Below are positions 37,873 to 52,759 of a stretch of DNA of 64,000 bases, piece by piece. The DNA lies in NCBI RefSeq assembly GCF_004010195.1, contig NC_057711.1, forward strand, positions 72,082,845 to 72,146,844, written 5' to 3'. The position numbers were made by a program, and so were the translations under genes. The notes under the pieces are model-generated. The model was not told the DNA's origin. It saw only the letters and a list, made by a program, of their open reading frames with translations, and searched no databases. The first letter of the stretch is position 1. Each line of letters begins with the position of its first letter. The stretch is from Chiloscyllium plagiosum. Lineage: Eukaryota.

Positions 37873-38834
37873 ATAAGGTACAGGTCTCTGTCTGATCAAG
37901 GGACTGAACATTGGGCTGAGACATGTCCACTGGATTCCACACACTGCACTTGCTTCCAATACTCCTTCCTCCTGCACCCTATGACCCCCAAACTAAGAAC
38001 ACCAATGCCCCACAACCCAAGCATCCCTCCTCCCTATCACTAAACTTTAGGTCCTCTCTGATCTTGCATCTCTAGCTGGGGAATGGAGAAGGCTGTTCTC
38101 TCAGCACCAGCTATAATATTGACTATGACACTGCTGAGCATACACCAATCTCTGATCGGTTGGCAGTTCACGCTGTAGGCATGACTACCCCCATATCAGA
38201 GAGCAAGATGAGGTTGCACTGGGATTGAGAGTGCCATTGACCAGAAATGTCTCATCATCTTGGAAACTGGCTGAAATTACTTCAACGGTCCCAAGGCGGA
38301 TCCCACAATGTGGAGCACCATCTCCTTCAGAGGACTTTAATGATGCAGATGCACACAGTCCCAACAGTCATCCTCATTGTCCACCACCAACTCTGAGATG
38401 CTCCCCACTGTACACCTTGCACTGCAAGAGAGAGGAGAGAATGTTAGTGATGATCTTATGTCGTTTGGGTGATAACCATCCTGTCAAAGCTGAATAGCTG
38501 TTGGTATGTCAAAGATGCAAGAGATGGTTATGAGCCTTCAATGTGGTTGTTGTGTAAGGATGAGGTAGAATAATCAACAGGAGTCCATATTATTGATGGG
38601 TATGTGTATCATTGAGTGTGTTGGTTGTAGTGCAGTGAGTCAGTGTTGCCATTTGATGATGCATTCACTAACTTTGATCATGCTTGCGAGGTTTTTGAAC
38701 TCGTTGGGGAGATCTTTCAAGAAGGTTCCAAGAACTGACCATTCTGGCTATTTGCATATCATTCCCTCAAGGGCCTCCTCTTCAAATATCCAAACAGAGA
38801 GGTTTTGCCGGAATTATATGAAGTATTAGTTAAA

Positions 38835-39140
38835 CCATGGCTAGATATGGTGTACAATTTTGGTTACCATAATAAAAGGACATTATCACACTAGAAAAGG
38901 TTTCAAAGGAAATACGTAAGGATGTTTATTGGAATGGAGACTTTTACTTATTAGGATGATTAAGTTGGCTGGGCTTGGTTTCTTTGGAACAGGGAGGCTG
39001 ACAGAAAATTGAATTGAGCTGTATAAAACTGAGGGGCTGTGTTAAACTTGATATGAAAGAGCTATATTCATTAGCAGAGGGGATAATAATCCAAGGGGTA
39101 GATTTCAAATAATTATTGGAAGAATTATGGGGATGAGGAG
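38835..39140 (+). mobile_element. Highly decayed CR1 fragment
   Basis: GTGTACAATTTTGG..ACTAGAAAAGGTT..GCTGGGCTTG pattern. Confidence 0.5.
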
Positions 39141-41189
39141 AAACCTTTTAGTTTTTTTTTCATTATTTTCCATCTATTGTCACAGTCCTCCTGGTGAAAA
39201 ATTTAATCAGCTTTGCACATTTTCTATTAGAGGTAAGGCTGTAAGTACATAGATAAAGAGTTTAAGGAAGTAATCAAGAAAACAGTAGACGAAAGGTGCC
39301 TGAAGTTAATATAGCCCTCAATTTTGAGCTTAAAGGATCAAGTTATTTAGTAAAGAAATGCGTGATCAGGTGGAACATGATGTGAACCAACCAGAAGCCA
39401 TTGATACATACCTAATCCAACTATGTCCGAAGTACTTCAATCTTGTGTCTCTTGGACTCGAAGGAATGGAAATGAGTTCTGAACCTGTGGAAATGACCAG
39501 ATGGTGACAATGTCACTTTTACTAGAGATTGGTTCTTTGAGCGTGGAGACGATTATTGAATGAATAAACCGCACCTGCAGAGTTAGAATATCAAAGGAGG
39601 CACAAGGACTTGGCAGTTGGAAGTTTGGAAATGCAGTTGGAATTAGTTGAAGATGAGTTGTTTCCATGCAGCAGTTATGAAAGAAATAGCATTGAACTCA
39701 GGCTGAGAAGTATGAGAGTGATCAATGCCAATCTGCAAAGAATTGAGAGGTCCACAATACCATGGGATTACCATAAATATGGGTTGGAGGCTTTATATGG
39801 TGTTGAAAATTCCTCTGACATTTTCAATATAATTTATATATGCATCAAGTTTCGGAACAATGAACCACTTTTCTCCTGATTATTATCCACTTTGAAGTTG
39901 ATTAGGTCCTTTAAGCTCAGTGCTTATCAAAAATTCATTAAATTGCTGAGATTGTGATTTTTTTTGATCACAGTTCTATTCCTCATCAACTATGACTTCT
40001 GCATCTGAGTCAAATTAGTCTTCTCCAGTTTATTGGAAGAGTATAAAACAAAGTTATTGACATTTTAATCTAACCAGCATATGTTGTAGGATAAAATCAT
40101 CCCTCAATGAAGCATGAAATACCAGTACACTGGAGAGAATCCCATACTTGAGCCATACACTGCTTAAATTTTATAAAGGAGTCACATATATAACAATTTA
40201 ATTATGTTCTCCTGTTCCAACCACAAAATGGGAAGTAACTTGCAGATGTGTGCTATTAAGTATATATTTAAGAATACATTTTGACCAGAAAAATAATCGG
40301 GAAACTTGAGAGGAATTTTGTAAAGCTACTGAGGTTAAGAAGAGTTGTTAAAACTGGTTATTCTGTACCATTCATCTTAATAAAAAAAATGAGTGATTAA
40401 TAAAACTTGAGTCAGGACAAACAAGCATTAACCACAGTCTAGTGAGCAAAAATAGAGTGCTTTAGGGTACATTTTACACTGCAGTTCTTCCTGTGATCTG
40501 ACAAGTCTTGACAGGTTTTATATGCACTGTGTTTTTGGACAAGATTACACCCATTATCAGTTTCTCTTCAGGTCAAATCCTCATGTTAATTATAACTCTC
40601 TTGAAACAACAACGTCCTATATAACTTTTTAACATGATATTTATTTAATGCAAAACAACCAAGCAGAATGAAATTATTTCAATATTTTTCTCTTTGAAGT
40701 TATCAAGTGATGAATCGCCAGTGTATTAAAATAATTGAGGCAGTTTACAAATGCAAGCTGCCTCTGTGTCAAAGCTGCAACTAGATTTGTATTAAAGGCA
40801 TTGACCCGAATTGCCACAAAACACAATCCCCAGAGCCAAAAGAGCTGGAACCCTCAAGTTCACCTTGGCAACCAATCACAATGCACAGGATTTTAATCCA
40901 CATTTGTGATTGGCTCACATACATAGAGCATTTGTTCAGTTGGCAGCAGCAACTGTGTTTCGGATTAAATACAATGAGAGTCATTCAGCAGGGCGAACAC
41001 AGGTAGGGTTTGCTAACTTCACTCCCAGAATTGTCCTGGACTACTCGTGTGTTAAATGTTAACTCCCCGTCACAGTTGTGAGAAAAAACCCATGGGGGCA
41101 TTGTGAAAAATTCTGCTCATCATTTTCTTTGAATATACCTTGTTTATTTGTCATAAAAGTTGTTGATATGGGTGAAGTTTCATTGGGTA

Positions 41190-41585
41190 GCTAGACAAAT
41201 TGAAAAGAAATATAGGTGATTTTATTGAAATATATGTGCTTCTGAGGAAGCCTGACAGGGTGGGTGCTGAGAAGTTGTTTTCCCTTCCTCGGCTGACTTC
41301 TAGAATTTTCAGAATGCTCCATCTCCCATTTAAGATGGAGATGAAGAGCAATTCCATCTCTGAGAGGGTCATTAATGATTGGAATTATCCACCCAATAGA
41401 TTTGTGGGGTCTAAGTCATGGAATATGCTCTAATTTGAGATAGACATATTCTTGAATTACTACAGTGTCAGAGGTTCTAGAGAAAAGGCAAGAGAGAAGA
41501 TTTGAGTTGACGATCAGATCGCTAGTGATCTTACAAAAGGCATAGCAGGCTTAGGGGGCTGAAAGGCTCCTATTTTATGTTCTTA
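41190..41585 (+). mobile_element. Decayed CR1 3' fragment
   Basis: GDFIEIY..LRKPDRVGAEKLFSL...SERVINDWN. Confidence 0.65.
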
Positions 41586-42765
41586 CACAAATTATAACAG
41601 CAACTCCACTTAAAACTTTGAACCCACATGCAACTTAAAAGGAGTTAATCCTAGAAGTATCTTTAAATATATGTAGCATAATACATGTTCAGGTATTCAT
41701 ATCTGTAATGAGCTGCAGAATCAGCAAGTGGGCATCCCATTATGTACCCCCGATGCTTCCAGCATTTCAATACTGCTTCTCTACTTGGTGTTTAAAGATA
41801 ACATAGAACAGAGAGCGCAGGAGGATCCTGTAACCTGAAGACTGTGTTTGAAGTCCTGCACTGGAATTAATTGTCTCAAAGTGCATATAAGTTGGGAAAG
41901 GTGAAACTGAGGGATTTATAGAAGGTCAGAATAAATACCTCTGCCACATTTCCTTTTATTCTTTGCTCATTCACTCATTGCCTCCCCATCTATAAACATT
42001 AGGAACTACACCATATTATATTTATTGCCATGTAAATAATAGTTAAAAGATGTGTTGCCCATCCAGTAAAAGCTGACACCCTGTCTGTGGACTGGGGCTA
42101 TGACCACCTGGTTGTCGCCCACACTCAGCATGGTGTGAGACAAGCCATGTCACCCTCCCTATCAATACCCCTACCCACCTTGTGGGAACATGCAAGTACC
42201 TTCCACAGTCACCCCTATCTTCCTTTGCTGGTGTCTGAGTGGCCCTCCATGTACTTCCCCACTTAGCTTTCCCTTGGACATTCATTACTGTCTTTTGTCA
42301 CAGAGCTCTTGCAGTTCCAGCAATAGTGGAAGTGGCGCTACTCCCAACAACATTGCTGAGTCTGAGGAGCTTCTGGCCTCTAATGAGTCAGCAGCTCTTG
42401 GAGTTAGGATTCTCATCCTGAACGTTTCGAGGAACCCTAATAGCAAGTAGCCAAGGTGAATGATTGCAATTTAATTCCATGACGGTTCCTAGAAAAGTAA
42501 AGTTACTCATTGCCACTGGACAAGACCATTGCTACAGTTATTCAATTCAATCCATTACATGAATTGCCATTTCATATTGTATAGGTTAGAAAGACTGCTT
42601 CAGGGCAGGAGATATGATTTTCAAATACTTTTCACACCAGTCATCCTCAAAGTTACTCTTCGATTTGTCTGCAAAGATAAAGGGTCTCGCTAGTTTGGGA
42701 CAGTTGTACATACTGCTTATATTGCTTTTGGAAAATGAGATAGATAAGATTTACTACTATTCCAC

Positions 42766-43207
42766 ATAGAGTCATAGAGATATACAGCATGGAAACAGAC
42801 CCTTCAGTCCTACTCGTCCATGCCGACCAGATGTCCTAACCTAATCTAGTCCCATTTGCCAGCACTTGGCCCATATCTCTCTAAACTCTTCCTATTCATA
42901 TACTCATCCAGATGCCTTTTAAATGCTGTAATTGTACTAGCCTCCACCACTCCCTCTGGCAGCTCATTCCATACACACACTACCCTCTGAGTGAAAACAT
43001 TGCCCCTCAGGTCCCTTCTTTATCTTTTCCCTCTCACCTTAAACCTATTCCCTCTAGTTTTGGACTCTCCAACCCCAGGGAAAAGACCTTGTCTGTTTAT
43101 CCTATCCATGTTCCTCATGACTTTATAAACGTCTATAAGGTCACCCCTCAGCCTCTGACGCTCCAGGGAAAACAGCCCCAACCTGTTCAGCCTCTCCCTA
43201 TAGCTCA
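42766..43207 (-). mobile_element. CR1/HER1 LINE 3' fragment
   Basis: SYRERLNRLGLFSLERQRLRGDLIDVYK on minus; HER1 tail. Confidence 0.92.
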
Positions 43208-44537
43208 ATATTTAAAGGAATATTATAATGAGGAGATCTGGTACTCTAATTCTGCAATCATAATTTTTTTTGTGGAGTTCAGCACGTACTGCAAATGTTT
43301 GCTCTGGATATATTTTATTTTACCAAATCAGCTTTCTATTTTAAATGCATTCAGACCAATATCATCACTGATGTGCAACAGCTTAAACCCTACGCATTTC
43401 ACATCTTGTACAGTTCCCCTGTGCATGACATTTTCTAACTTAAAGGTGCGATAGAGAGCAAAGAGTATTAATATTGCACTTTTGACATGGCAAAAACATC
43501 TTTAAGCACCACACAGAAGTGTTATAAAACACAATGTGACACTCGAGCCTCATGAGACCACAATAGGGCAGATGGTCAAACACATGGTCAAAGAGACAGG
43601 TTTTAATGATTGTCTTGCAGGAGAAGAAAGCAATGGAGGGGTAGAGTTTTAGAAAGGAAATTTAAGAACTTAAGGTCCTAAATAGCTGGAGGCATGGCCG
43701 CTAAGGGGATAGAGATTAAAATTGAAAATTCTCAAGAAGAATTAGAGGAGCCTAGATATCTTGTGTGGACTGAAAGGGGCAAGAATGGGAGAAAATAGTG
43801 TGAATTATCGAACTCCTTAGATTTTGGCTCCATAACTGGATTTCCAGAAACTTGGGGATATTGTATTATGGATCTGATTGGAGATAGGAGGACTTGCCAA
43901 AAAATGAAAGTGTGCTGAGAAGCCATTCTAATCTGCAAGATTGCAGCTTTTATTCAGATAGAGCCAGGAGATAGCAGTCAATCCATTCCCAGGGGGTAGG
44001 GTGACACTTCAAATAGGTAAATGGTTTTGAAGCCTTGGATTCTTGCTTTGTAGATTGAACTGTGGCTCCCAGCAATGGAAATAAGGCAAGGACAGCACCG
44101 GAAATTTCCTCCTGAACCTAAATCTCACCACTGCCATTAAATCCCTCCTCATAATAAACCATCTTCGAAGATCCAACAGACTTTCACATCTAAGAACAGA
44201 CAGTGCCTTACCCTAAGGTCACATGCCCTGCTTGTGGACAAAAAACAGACCACCTTGCCCTAGCTTGTGAGATCAGATTTCAGGAGTTAGGAGTTGACAC
44301 TCTTCTCTGGAATTCAGGAAAAAAGGACTTGAGATAGATTGGGAAGGGGAAGGAGAAGCCAAGGGAGCTGGGGTTAAAGATTGATCCTTCAGCAGGTTGG
44401 GCTCTCTTTCCCTGAGGACAGGGTCCCCATTTTGTACTGTAATCCCTGCTTGCCTCCTCTTGCCATGTCAGCCATTGGAGATATTTGCTCCTTCTCCCTT
44501 TTTTACAATAGACCCCACCAACCTGGAAACTTCTCAA

Positions 44538-45180
44538 TCATAGAGACTCATAGAGTCATACAGCATGGAATCAGAGCCTTCGGTCCAATTCATCAATGCC
44601 GACCAGTTATCCAAAACTGAACTACACCCATTTGCCTGCATTTGGCCCATATTCCTCTCAACCTTTCTTATTAATGTACCTATCCAAATGTCTTTTAAAT
44701 GTAGTAATTGTACCCACTTCTACCACTTCCTCTGGTATCTCCTTCCACACACACACCACCCTTGGGGTGAAAATGTTGCCCATCAGATCCCTTGTAAATC
44801 TTTCTCCTCTCACCTTAAATCTATGCCCTCCAATGTTGGAATTGCGTACCCTTGGAAGACCTTGGTGATTCACCCTATCCATGCTGCTCATAATTTTATA
44901 AACCTCCATAAGGTCACCCCTTAGTCTCCAACATTCCAGGTTAAAAAGTCGCAGCCTGTCCAGCCTCTCCCTATAAACCAAACTGTCCAGTCCCAGCAAC
45001 ATCTTTGTAAATCTGTACCCTTTCTAGTTTATCAACATTTCCTATAGCAGGGCGACCAGAAACGTATGCAGTATTCCCAAAGTGGCCTCACCAATGTCTT
45101 GTATAGCTGCAACATAATGTTTCAATTCCTACACTCAATGCTCTGACCAATAAATACAAGCATGCCAGATGCCTTCTTCA
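44538..45180 (-). mobile_element. CR1/HER1 LINE 3' fragment
   Basis: YRERLDRLRLFNLECWRLRGDLMEVYK on minus; HER1 tail. Confidence 0.9.
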
Positions 45181-45439
45181 CCACCCACCTCCACCATCAA
45201 TATTAGCGCATCTGCAAACTTATAATCATTCCTCCTATATTTTCATCCAAATTGTTGATATAAATGAGGAACAACAGTGGACCCAGAACCATCCTTAGTA
45301 CTATGGTATAAGTTCCTGGAATGTGTACAAAATGTTCTTTTTACATCAGTATATTGAAGAACCAAGCTAGAAACAGGGTGTCTTACATTTGGGTTTGTGA
45401 AATCAGGAGGGTCTTTTCCCAACCCATGCCAGGGAAATT

Positions 45440-45900
45440 TCAGGTCTATCCCTCTATTAAGATCAGTGGAGAAATCCTCCCAAATTTGGAACATTTTCCC
45501 AACCAGGGAAGTAATCTCCCATCTAAGGCTGACATTGATGCGGAGATTCAATACTGTTTCCGATCTGCAAGCGCTGCCTTTGGACTTAGGATGAGAGTCG
45601 CCGATGACCGCAACATCTGTACAGACACAAAGATCACTGTATATAAGGCAGTCATTGTTCTGATTCTTCTAAATGGCTCCTATACTTGGACTATGTATAG
45701 ATGCTACCTCAAGGGTCTTGAGAAGTATCATCAACGCTGTCTGAGATGGTTGTTCTACATCAGCTGGGAGGACAAACATACTAACATCAGCATCCTTGAA
45801 GGAGCCAGTAATACCAGCATTGAGGCGATGATCATCTAAAATCAACTCCACTGGGCCAGCCATGTGCTTAGGATGCCTGAGTCTGGATTACCGAAGCGCT
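45440..45900 (+). mobile_element. RTE-clade LINE fragment
   Basis: ADIDAEIQ...ASAAFG...TKITVYKAV...LEKYHQRCLR...ISWEDK.TN..IL, and CACTGGGCCAGCCATGTG (HWASHV). Confidence 0.85.
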
Positions 45901-48900
45901 ACCATGGAAACCGGCTGCCATCTCACGGGTAGTAATGTGAGATACAGGCAGACTTTGAGAGGGGATCCTGTAAGTGATGTCTGGCACACGTTGTGAGGTT
46001 AGAGCTTCACAGCACATAGAGAAAGCCAAGTTTTCTGATTTCTGTGTTTCTCATTACTGAGCCTCAATCGGTCAAAATGTTAAATTCTCCCGATTCAAGT
46101 TTAACCGGTATAATGTCCAAGATATGAAACGTGTGGGGACTGAGAATCTCTCAATAATTTTTAAACATTTATTCATTCGCAGTATATATGTGTCACAGGC
46201 TGGTCCAGCATTTATTGCTTATTCTTAATTGCCCTTGAGAAGGTAATAGTGAGGTATCTTCTTGAACTGCTGCATTCTGTATGGTGTATGTGCACCCACA
46301 GTGCTATTGGAAAGAAAGTTTCAGGATTTTTACCCAGCAACAGTGTGAAAAACTTATAATTTGATCAAAAGATTCACATCAAAGGACAATGTTTGGAATT
46401 GGTTACTTACTGCCTAGCATTTAGCTATTATGTGCAAACTACCGATTTCACCTATAAAATGAAACACTAAAATAAACTTGCTGGGATTTGCTAAGTAACA
46501 CTGGAACTTTCATAATTTTCTTCAATTTAGCATAGACAAAGTGAAAGCAATCATGTTTGGTTCCTTAAGTGCAGATTTCATTCCTTCTTGAATTTGAATG
46601 ATTTATTGTCGCTTGCATTTTACAGTGAATAATGCAATAAAATACAATTTAAACCTTCCACTGTTGTTGCAATCTAGCACCAGTTTGAACAGTAAAAAGA
46701 CATAACTGAAAGAGAGTCTATCATCGTTTCGCTGCCTCCAGGTGAGTCCTGAGCTGGCTCACCAATCACACTTGCGCCGGCACCCTTCCTCCACTGCCTC
46801 ACTGCCACCTGGGATGGACTCATATTGTATGAGTTGCCAATCGTTAGGTGCCATCTCTTCACTGCTGGCCCATCTTGCCAACAACGTTGATTCCCATGCT
46901 GAACCCTGGCTCACTCTGCAACCAGAAGGCCATGGCTCCCCTGACGGGCCTGGTTTCTCCCACACCAAGCATCCCACCCTTCTTTGCTGGCATTACCATC
47001 TTGAGAGTCCATTGCCTTCAATTGAAGGAGGAGCTGCTGCTGGGAGGCTCTGATCGCTGGGAGGATGTCCTTGCTGCAGCTGCCTCCAATTGCTGGAAGG
47101 TGCCATGCCCGCCAACTGCTTCCAACCACCAGGAGACTGCTGCCACTCCATGTACAGCCTGCTCTTGCTGCCACACAGATGCCGCCAACTAGCCCACCAA
47201 AGACAAAGAAACAAAAGAGAAAAAAAAGAAAGACAAAGAGCAGAAGAGAAAAAAGAAAAAGCAGATGGGAGCAGATGAGCCCTGGGCAAGAGCCCAAATG
47301 CAGCTCTGCTACCCCACTGCCATCTTGGACAGCCCTTTTCTGATCTGTCTGATTGCTTCACCAGCTGGATTTGTTGGTACACCTTGAAATACTGTTCCAC
47401 CATAAGAAGGTCTTTAAACCCGACATCTGGTCTCTCAATAAGACTCCAGAAGGTCATTTGCAAAATATCATCTGTCTTCATCCTGCTTGTATATTCACCT
47501 CCACTGAAGTGTTCATCCATGTCTTCGTCAGTTCAAGACTCGCTCTGCCCTAATTAATCTTCAACTCATCCACAACATCAATGATCATTTTGTCTTCACT
47601 AAATTCAGCACATCAATCTTTGGAATTACTTCTTCCAAATAAAATTATAATCTTTAATTGCAAACTCTACAAACATCTTTCTCCAAACTCCATTACAAAC
47701 CCCATTTTCTATTATCTTCTGATTCTTCTCTATGGTATATCCTCCTCTCCCTCCATTATCAATACCAATGTCTCCAGGCACCACCCCACCGCACACTTCT
47801 AAACACCCCCACTTTAAAGCCTGCTCAAAATCTATCTTGGCAACCATAAGCTTTATCACTTCCACCATGTCCTCTCCCATTTCCTGCATTGTTTCCCTGA
47901 TTTCCTGTAAAAATGTCTTGGAACGTTTGTCAGTTGAAGGGTACTACATCATTATAAGTTACTGTTCCTCCTTTAGCGTTACAAGTGCATTGGGAATAAA
48001 CAATTCATGAAGTTGTGATAACATCTTTCCATTTCTACTACATGTGAGTCCAGCCCAGGTTGTTGAGATAAACTGGTAGCAGGATCAAAGGGGAATATAC
48101 TTGATCACTCTCAATGTTATTTCTAGTGGATCCTACCTTAGAATATAAACTGATGACAATTCAAGACAAATTGATGTTGAAATGCCATCTCACCCTGAGA
48201 AAAATGTGATTATTCCACAAAATCCAGAAGTTTGCATTAATTAAGGTGATGATTGTCTATGATTGGATCAAATCATTACTGGGGCAAAGTAAACTTTATT
48301 CTGTAATCATTTGCATTAGGATATAACTGGACTTGTTGAGTGTTGATACTGAAAACAAAAAAATGTCATAATGAAAGTTTTGGTAAGGAAAGAAAATGGG
48401 TTATTTTGTTATGCAGGGAGTCACTGAGTGACAATGAACAATTGTAGGGTGGTATGCATTTCCAGTCTAAATGTAGCTGGAGCTGTACTGCAGAGTGATT
48501 GTGGAAATGAAATGTTGCTTTGCTGCAAATCAAACTGTTATCAGACTGTGTAAAGACAGTCATGAGATGTGCAAGACCTTTTCTAAAAACTAAAATTTCA
48601 ATTAATCTATTGCACTTTTTCCGGTATCTATTCCATTCCAAAAAGAAATGAATATGAAATCAAACATGAATAATCAGCTGCAGTTGTCAAATACACTACT
48701 AAAATACAACAGGAAATGCATCAAAAACTAAAATAATTAAAATCACAAGGAACATTTTATTCCCCTTATATTTTCTAAATTATTATTCTTTTATAGAATT
48801 GTGTATTTTAAACTGATATGAAAAATGTTGAAAACAGACAAGATAGATTTTCATTTATAGGTTTTGAAAACAATACTGTCTTATCACAACATTCCCAGTA

Positions 48901-51646
48901 ATGTTAATCAACAGCAGTTTGTGAGTACTCAGTGAATTTTTTGTTTCAATTACATTGAATCAATTGACAAAGCTGGCAAGGAATTAATTGCTTCCCAAGG
49001 TGCACTCAATTGAATGTTACTGGGGACATTAGATTACCCAGTCACCACCACCCCCAACCCCGTGCACAAATCTGGTTTTTGAACTTGATCCAGTATCTTG
49101 ACTTAGAAATTCAACCACTGCAAGAAGAAAAGGACAGATGTGCAATACAGTAATTTGGTATGAATCAGAGAATAAATAGCATTTGGGCATGAAGCCAGAT
49201 TATGTTAGCTTGGACACTTTGGGTTCATAGGCTAACGCTACGAGCAACTTTGCTAGTACAATGAAATCAACCTTATAGGAGGGGACAGGGAGCCAGGGTC
49301 TCAGGGTTTATTTCTGCAGGTGTTGTGGCACGCACTCAAATCGAGAAGACAGACAAATGGGAGCTGATAATGTGATGTACTACACAGGAGATTAGAAACT
49401 AAATTCTTAGCACAGGGGGTGGTTAAAATGTGGAGTTGTCTGGCAGAAACTATCAGAGAAGCAATATTCCTAAATTAAGCTGCTTGAGAAAGAAAGTAAT
49501 ATGAAATGAAGCGGGAATGAGCAAATCAGAATTAGACCAGATGACTCCTGTGGAGTAAAATTTGACGGATGGGATGGTACTATTATACTCTTATGATTCT
49601 ATCATTTCATAATATTACAATATAGTTTAAAATCATATTTCACAAATCTGCATACAGCTAAAAAAGTAAAATCTCACAAAAATACAGAACATGAATTAAC
49701 ATGCAAAGACATTGAGGACAAACAGAAAATTAATATCTTTAAGAATCATTGCAATTTAGAATCTCCAATATTCACTCGCGAGTGAACAGCTAAACAAATC
49801 ATTGTGATCATATGAATGTTGCACAACGCCATTTCATTTTTAAAAACTATGTGAACAAACAATAATTAAATTATTGTAATGGCGTATATGCAGATGCCAT
49901 AGTAATTGTATCTACGTAAACTGAATCTGTTTAGAAAGCAAAATAGTGTTGATAAGAATATTTTATAAATTTGTTTTATTGTAAAAATATAAGTAAAAAT
50001 GCTGGTCGACGAAAGAGTATGGTGGATAATTAAACAGAGAGCCTATGGCTGTCCCTGACATCGTTATTGTCTATTTATAATCTGAGAGACAAGAAAGATT
50101 TAGCGTGTGATAACGTGCCACTTCTGCATGCTCACGATATACATCATACATTGCTATTCATTGGCTAGGCAAATATTAAACTTTCATTTCTATCATTTTA
50201 AAGGGTGAAACCTCTTGAAAGGATTTTGTTGTAGCAAGCAAGATACATAAATGAATCAGAGCAAACAGGAATGATCCATTGATAGAAACCAGCAATGGCT
50301 CTTGTTAAAACATATTTTGGATTGTGGCTTCCCAGACGCCAGTGAGGTTATTGTGCGCTTTGCTGCTGCCCATCCCCCACTCAGTCTCCTTTGTAGAAAC
50401 ACTCAGTGGAAGAATGAGGAAATGATCGCTGCTTAATGCATTGCCACGGGCTCAAAATAAAACACGCTCAACATGTCCAAACAGAAACATTGTTATCAAC
50501 CACACACACACACAACAAAAAGAAGCTATTACGAAACACCGACTACGACCTCTGCAGAATGTGTTTATGGCAAAAATGTGAGTGAAGCATGAAGGTTGCT
50601 CTTCAGCTAAACACGGGCTGACTTTCGGTTGCAGAGACTTAGGGTGATCGCTGCCAAATGCGACATAATATTTTAACACCCTGCCCCCAAAGAGGCAACA
50701 TTGATTGTTGGGCATTCGCATTGAAAAGCTTCTTGTTGCATGTTCTGTACTCGGGCAAACGTTTGCTCTGCAAATATTATTTCCCATGTGTTATCGGTTG
50801 GGGGGAGGGGGCTCTAAGGGCAAGGACAAATAGCAAAGAGGAATAAACACACAAGCCGTCGTCAGAGAAACACCATTCGCCATACGGTTCACTTGCCACA
50901 CATGCAGTAAACACACACCATACCACAGATTATATGCTGCAGACACTACACAACACAGACTGCACAGACCAGGCGCCTATCCATTGATCAAATCTGGGAG
51001 TTGCCCAGCCGCATCAAACCAGGATAACTTCAGATCTGACTCTGGTTTGTGAATTTCAGACAGATTAGTCTTTGTGCCAGAGAAGACTTCCATTTAGATA
51101 CGTATCGAAAAGGAATGGGCACACGTGAACATGCACATTGGTAGAAATACAGAGAAAAAATAAAAACGGAAAGATTCGCATTGATAGACACAATTGACAC
51201 GTTTTATAATCATGCACGTTTTATAATCGAAATTCAAACACATCTAAATGACATGACAGAGGTCTGCATAAAAATCATGCAAGGCATCCACCAGAGAGTA
51301 AGACACCATGCACTACACTCAAGTCATATGCTACAGAGAGACACACGCCAAGATGCTTAAGTATGCTTAAATGTAAAATATAACGCATACACACAAGTAG
51401 ATACAGCTATGACAATCGACATAATGTGCACACAAACACCATCCACAGGTCGTATAAATAATTCCCAGACATAACATACAATAATTCTCTGGACATATAC
51501 ACAAACACAGACACGCACAGGAACATCCACAGATGTAAACAAAATCGCCATATATGGGCACACTATAAAATCTGGCGCACAAGAAAAAAAAAGAGACATG
51601 GAAAGCTTTATTTTAAGGAGTGCTGCAAATCGCCTCTAACATCAAT

Positions 51647-51845
51647 GCCACCCTCGGGCGACCGTCTATGTGGAGTTTGCACATTCTCCCCGTGTCTGCT
51701 TGGGTTTCCTCCGGTTTCCTCCCACAGTCCAAAAATATGCAGGTTAGGTGGATTAGCCATGAGAAATGCACGATTCCAGGGATGGGGTGGATGGGATGCT
51801 CTTCGGAGGGGAGATGGGCCGAATGGCCTGCTTCCACACTGTAGG
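51647..51845 (+). mobile_element. HE1-type SINE, 5' truncated; last recognisable transposon before the ZNF608 promoter
   Basis: Core GTCTATGTGGAGTTTGCACATTCTCCCCGTGTCTG and tail. Confidence 0.88.
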
Positions 51846-52759
51846 CATTTTATAATCTTTTCACTGCAAAATATCCATCTTGCTTGGCCTGAGGTAATAG
51901 AACAAGAGTCCGCGTATCTTAAACTTTTTTTAAAAATTCAATGTCACTGTTCTTCAAAGATACCGCTGTTCCCTTGTAATTGCTGAACAATTAAAATACA
52001 TTGGCAGAGCAAAAATTCTTACATGTTTAATTTAGGGACAACACAAACACCACAGAGGGAAACCATTCTATAAAGATTAGAGTGAATGCTTCCAGCTGTC
52101 GTGCTTTTAAAACACTCCGGATAAAGATGTTTTGAAAAACGTGCCGCATACAAGGAAAAGTGATGTCCTTTCTGATTTTAAAGTTCAATGTTTGATAGTA
52201 TAATGTTTAGTAAAGTGGTGGGCTATCGTTTTGGTTGGGGTGCTGCAAAGACTATTAGTCTAAATATTGTCTTCAATCTGTATTTTCTGGATGAACAAGA
52301 AAGTAATTTCTGGTTAAGGACAGATCGCTATAACTGTAAATAGGCATGATATAAATTATCTGGATGGTGGTTACATTTTACTGCATATCTAAATCCCATG
52401 ACCTAAGCGTTCTGGATGAGGGCTGAAGAAAATCTAAATGTGTGCCTTCCGTCGTATAATGTTCTGGATGAAGCAGAAAGTCAATGTAACTATTTGTTTT
52501 ATGCTCAGTGGGCCCAACGTTTCTTGGATCTGGTTCAGCTGGGTGCTTGATTAAGGTACTGCTACCTGATCAGGGCTTTAACGAGACAAGGGTGAAAGTG
52601 TCTGATTTTTGCAGGCGCTGCTAGCTAAACGCTCAACTGCTGAGAGTTGAATGCTCTAGTGCTGACTCTGTTGGAAGCTCCTTTGACACACAGGGACTGA
52701 CTTGACTCTTGCGCTGGAAGCTCAGCTCCTCTCTCTCACACACACACATACACAGAGAT

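Noticed and set aside
46590..47900. Cluster of 60-175 aa ORFs in GC-richer sequence
   Set aside because: No recognisable domain or exon structure; probably decayed repeats that could not be classified.
51340..51600. Cys/Val-rich minus-strand ORFs
   Set aside because: Derived from CA-rich low-complexity sequence.
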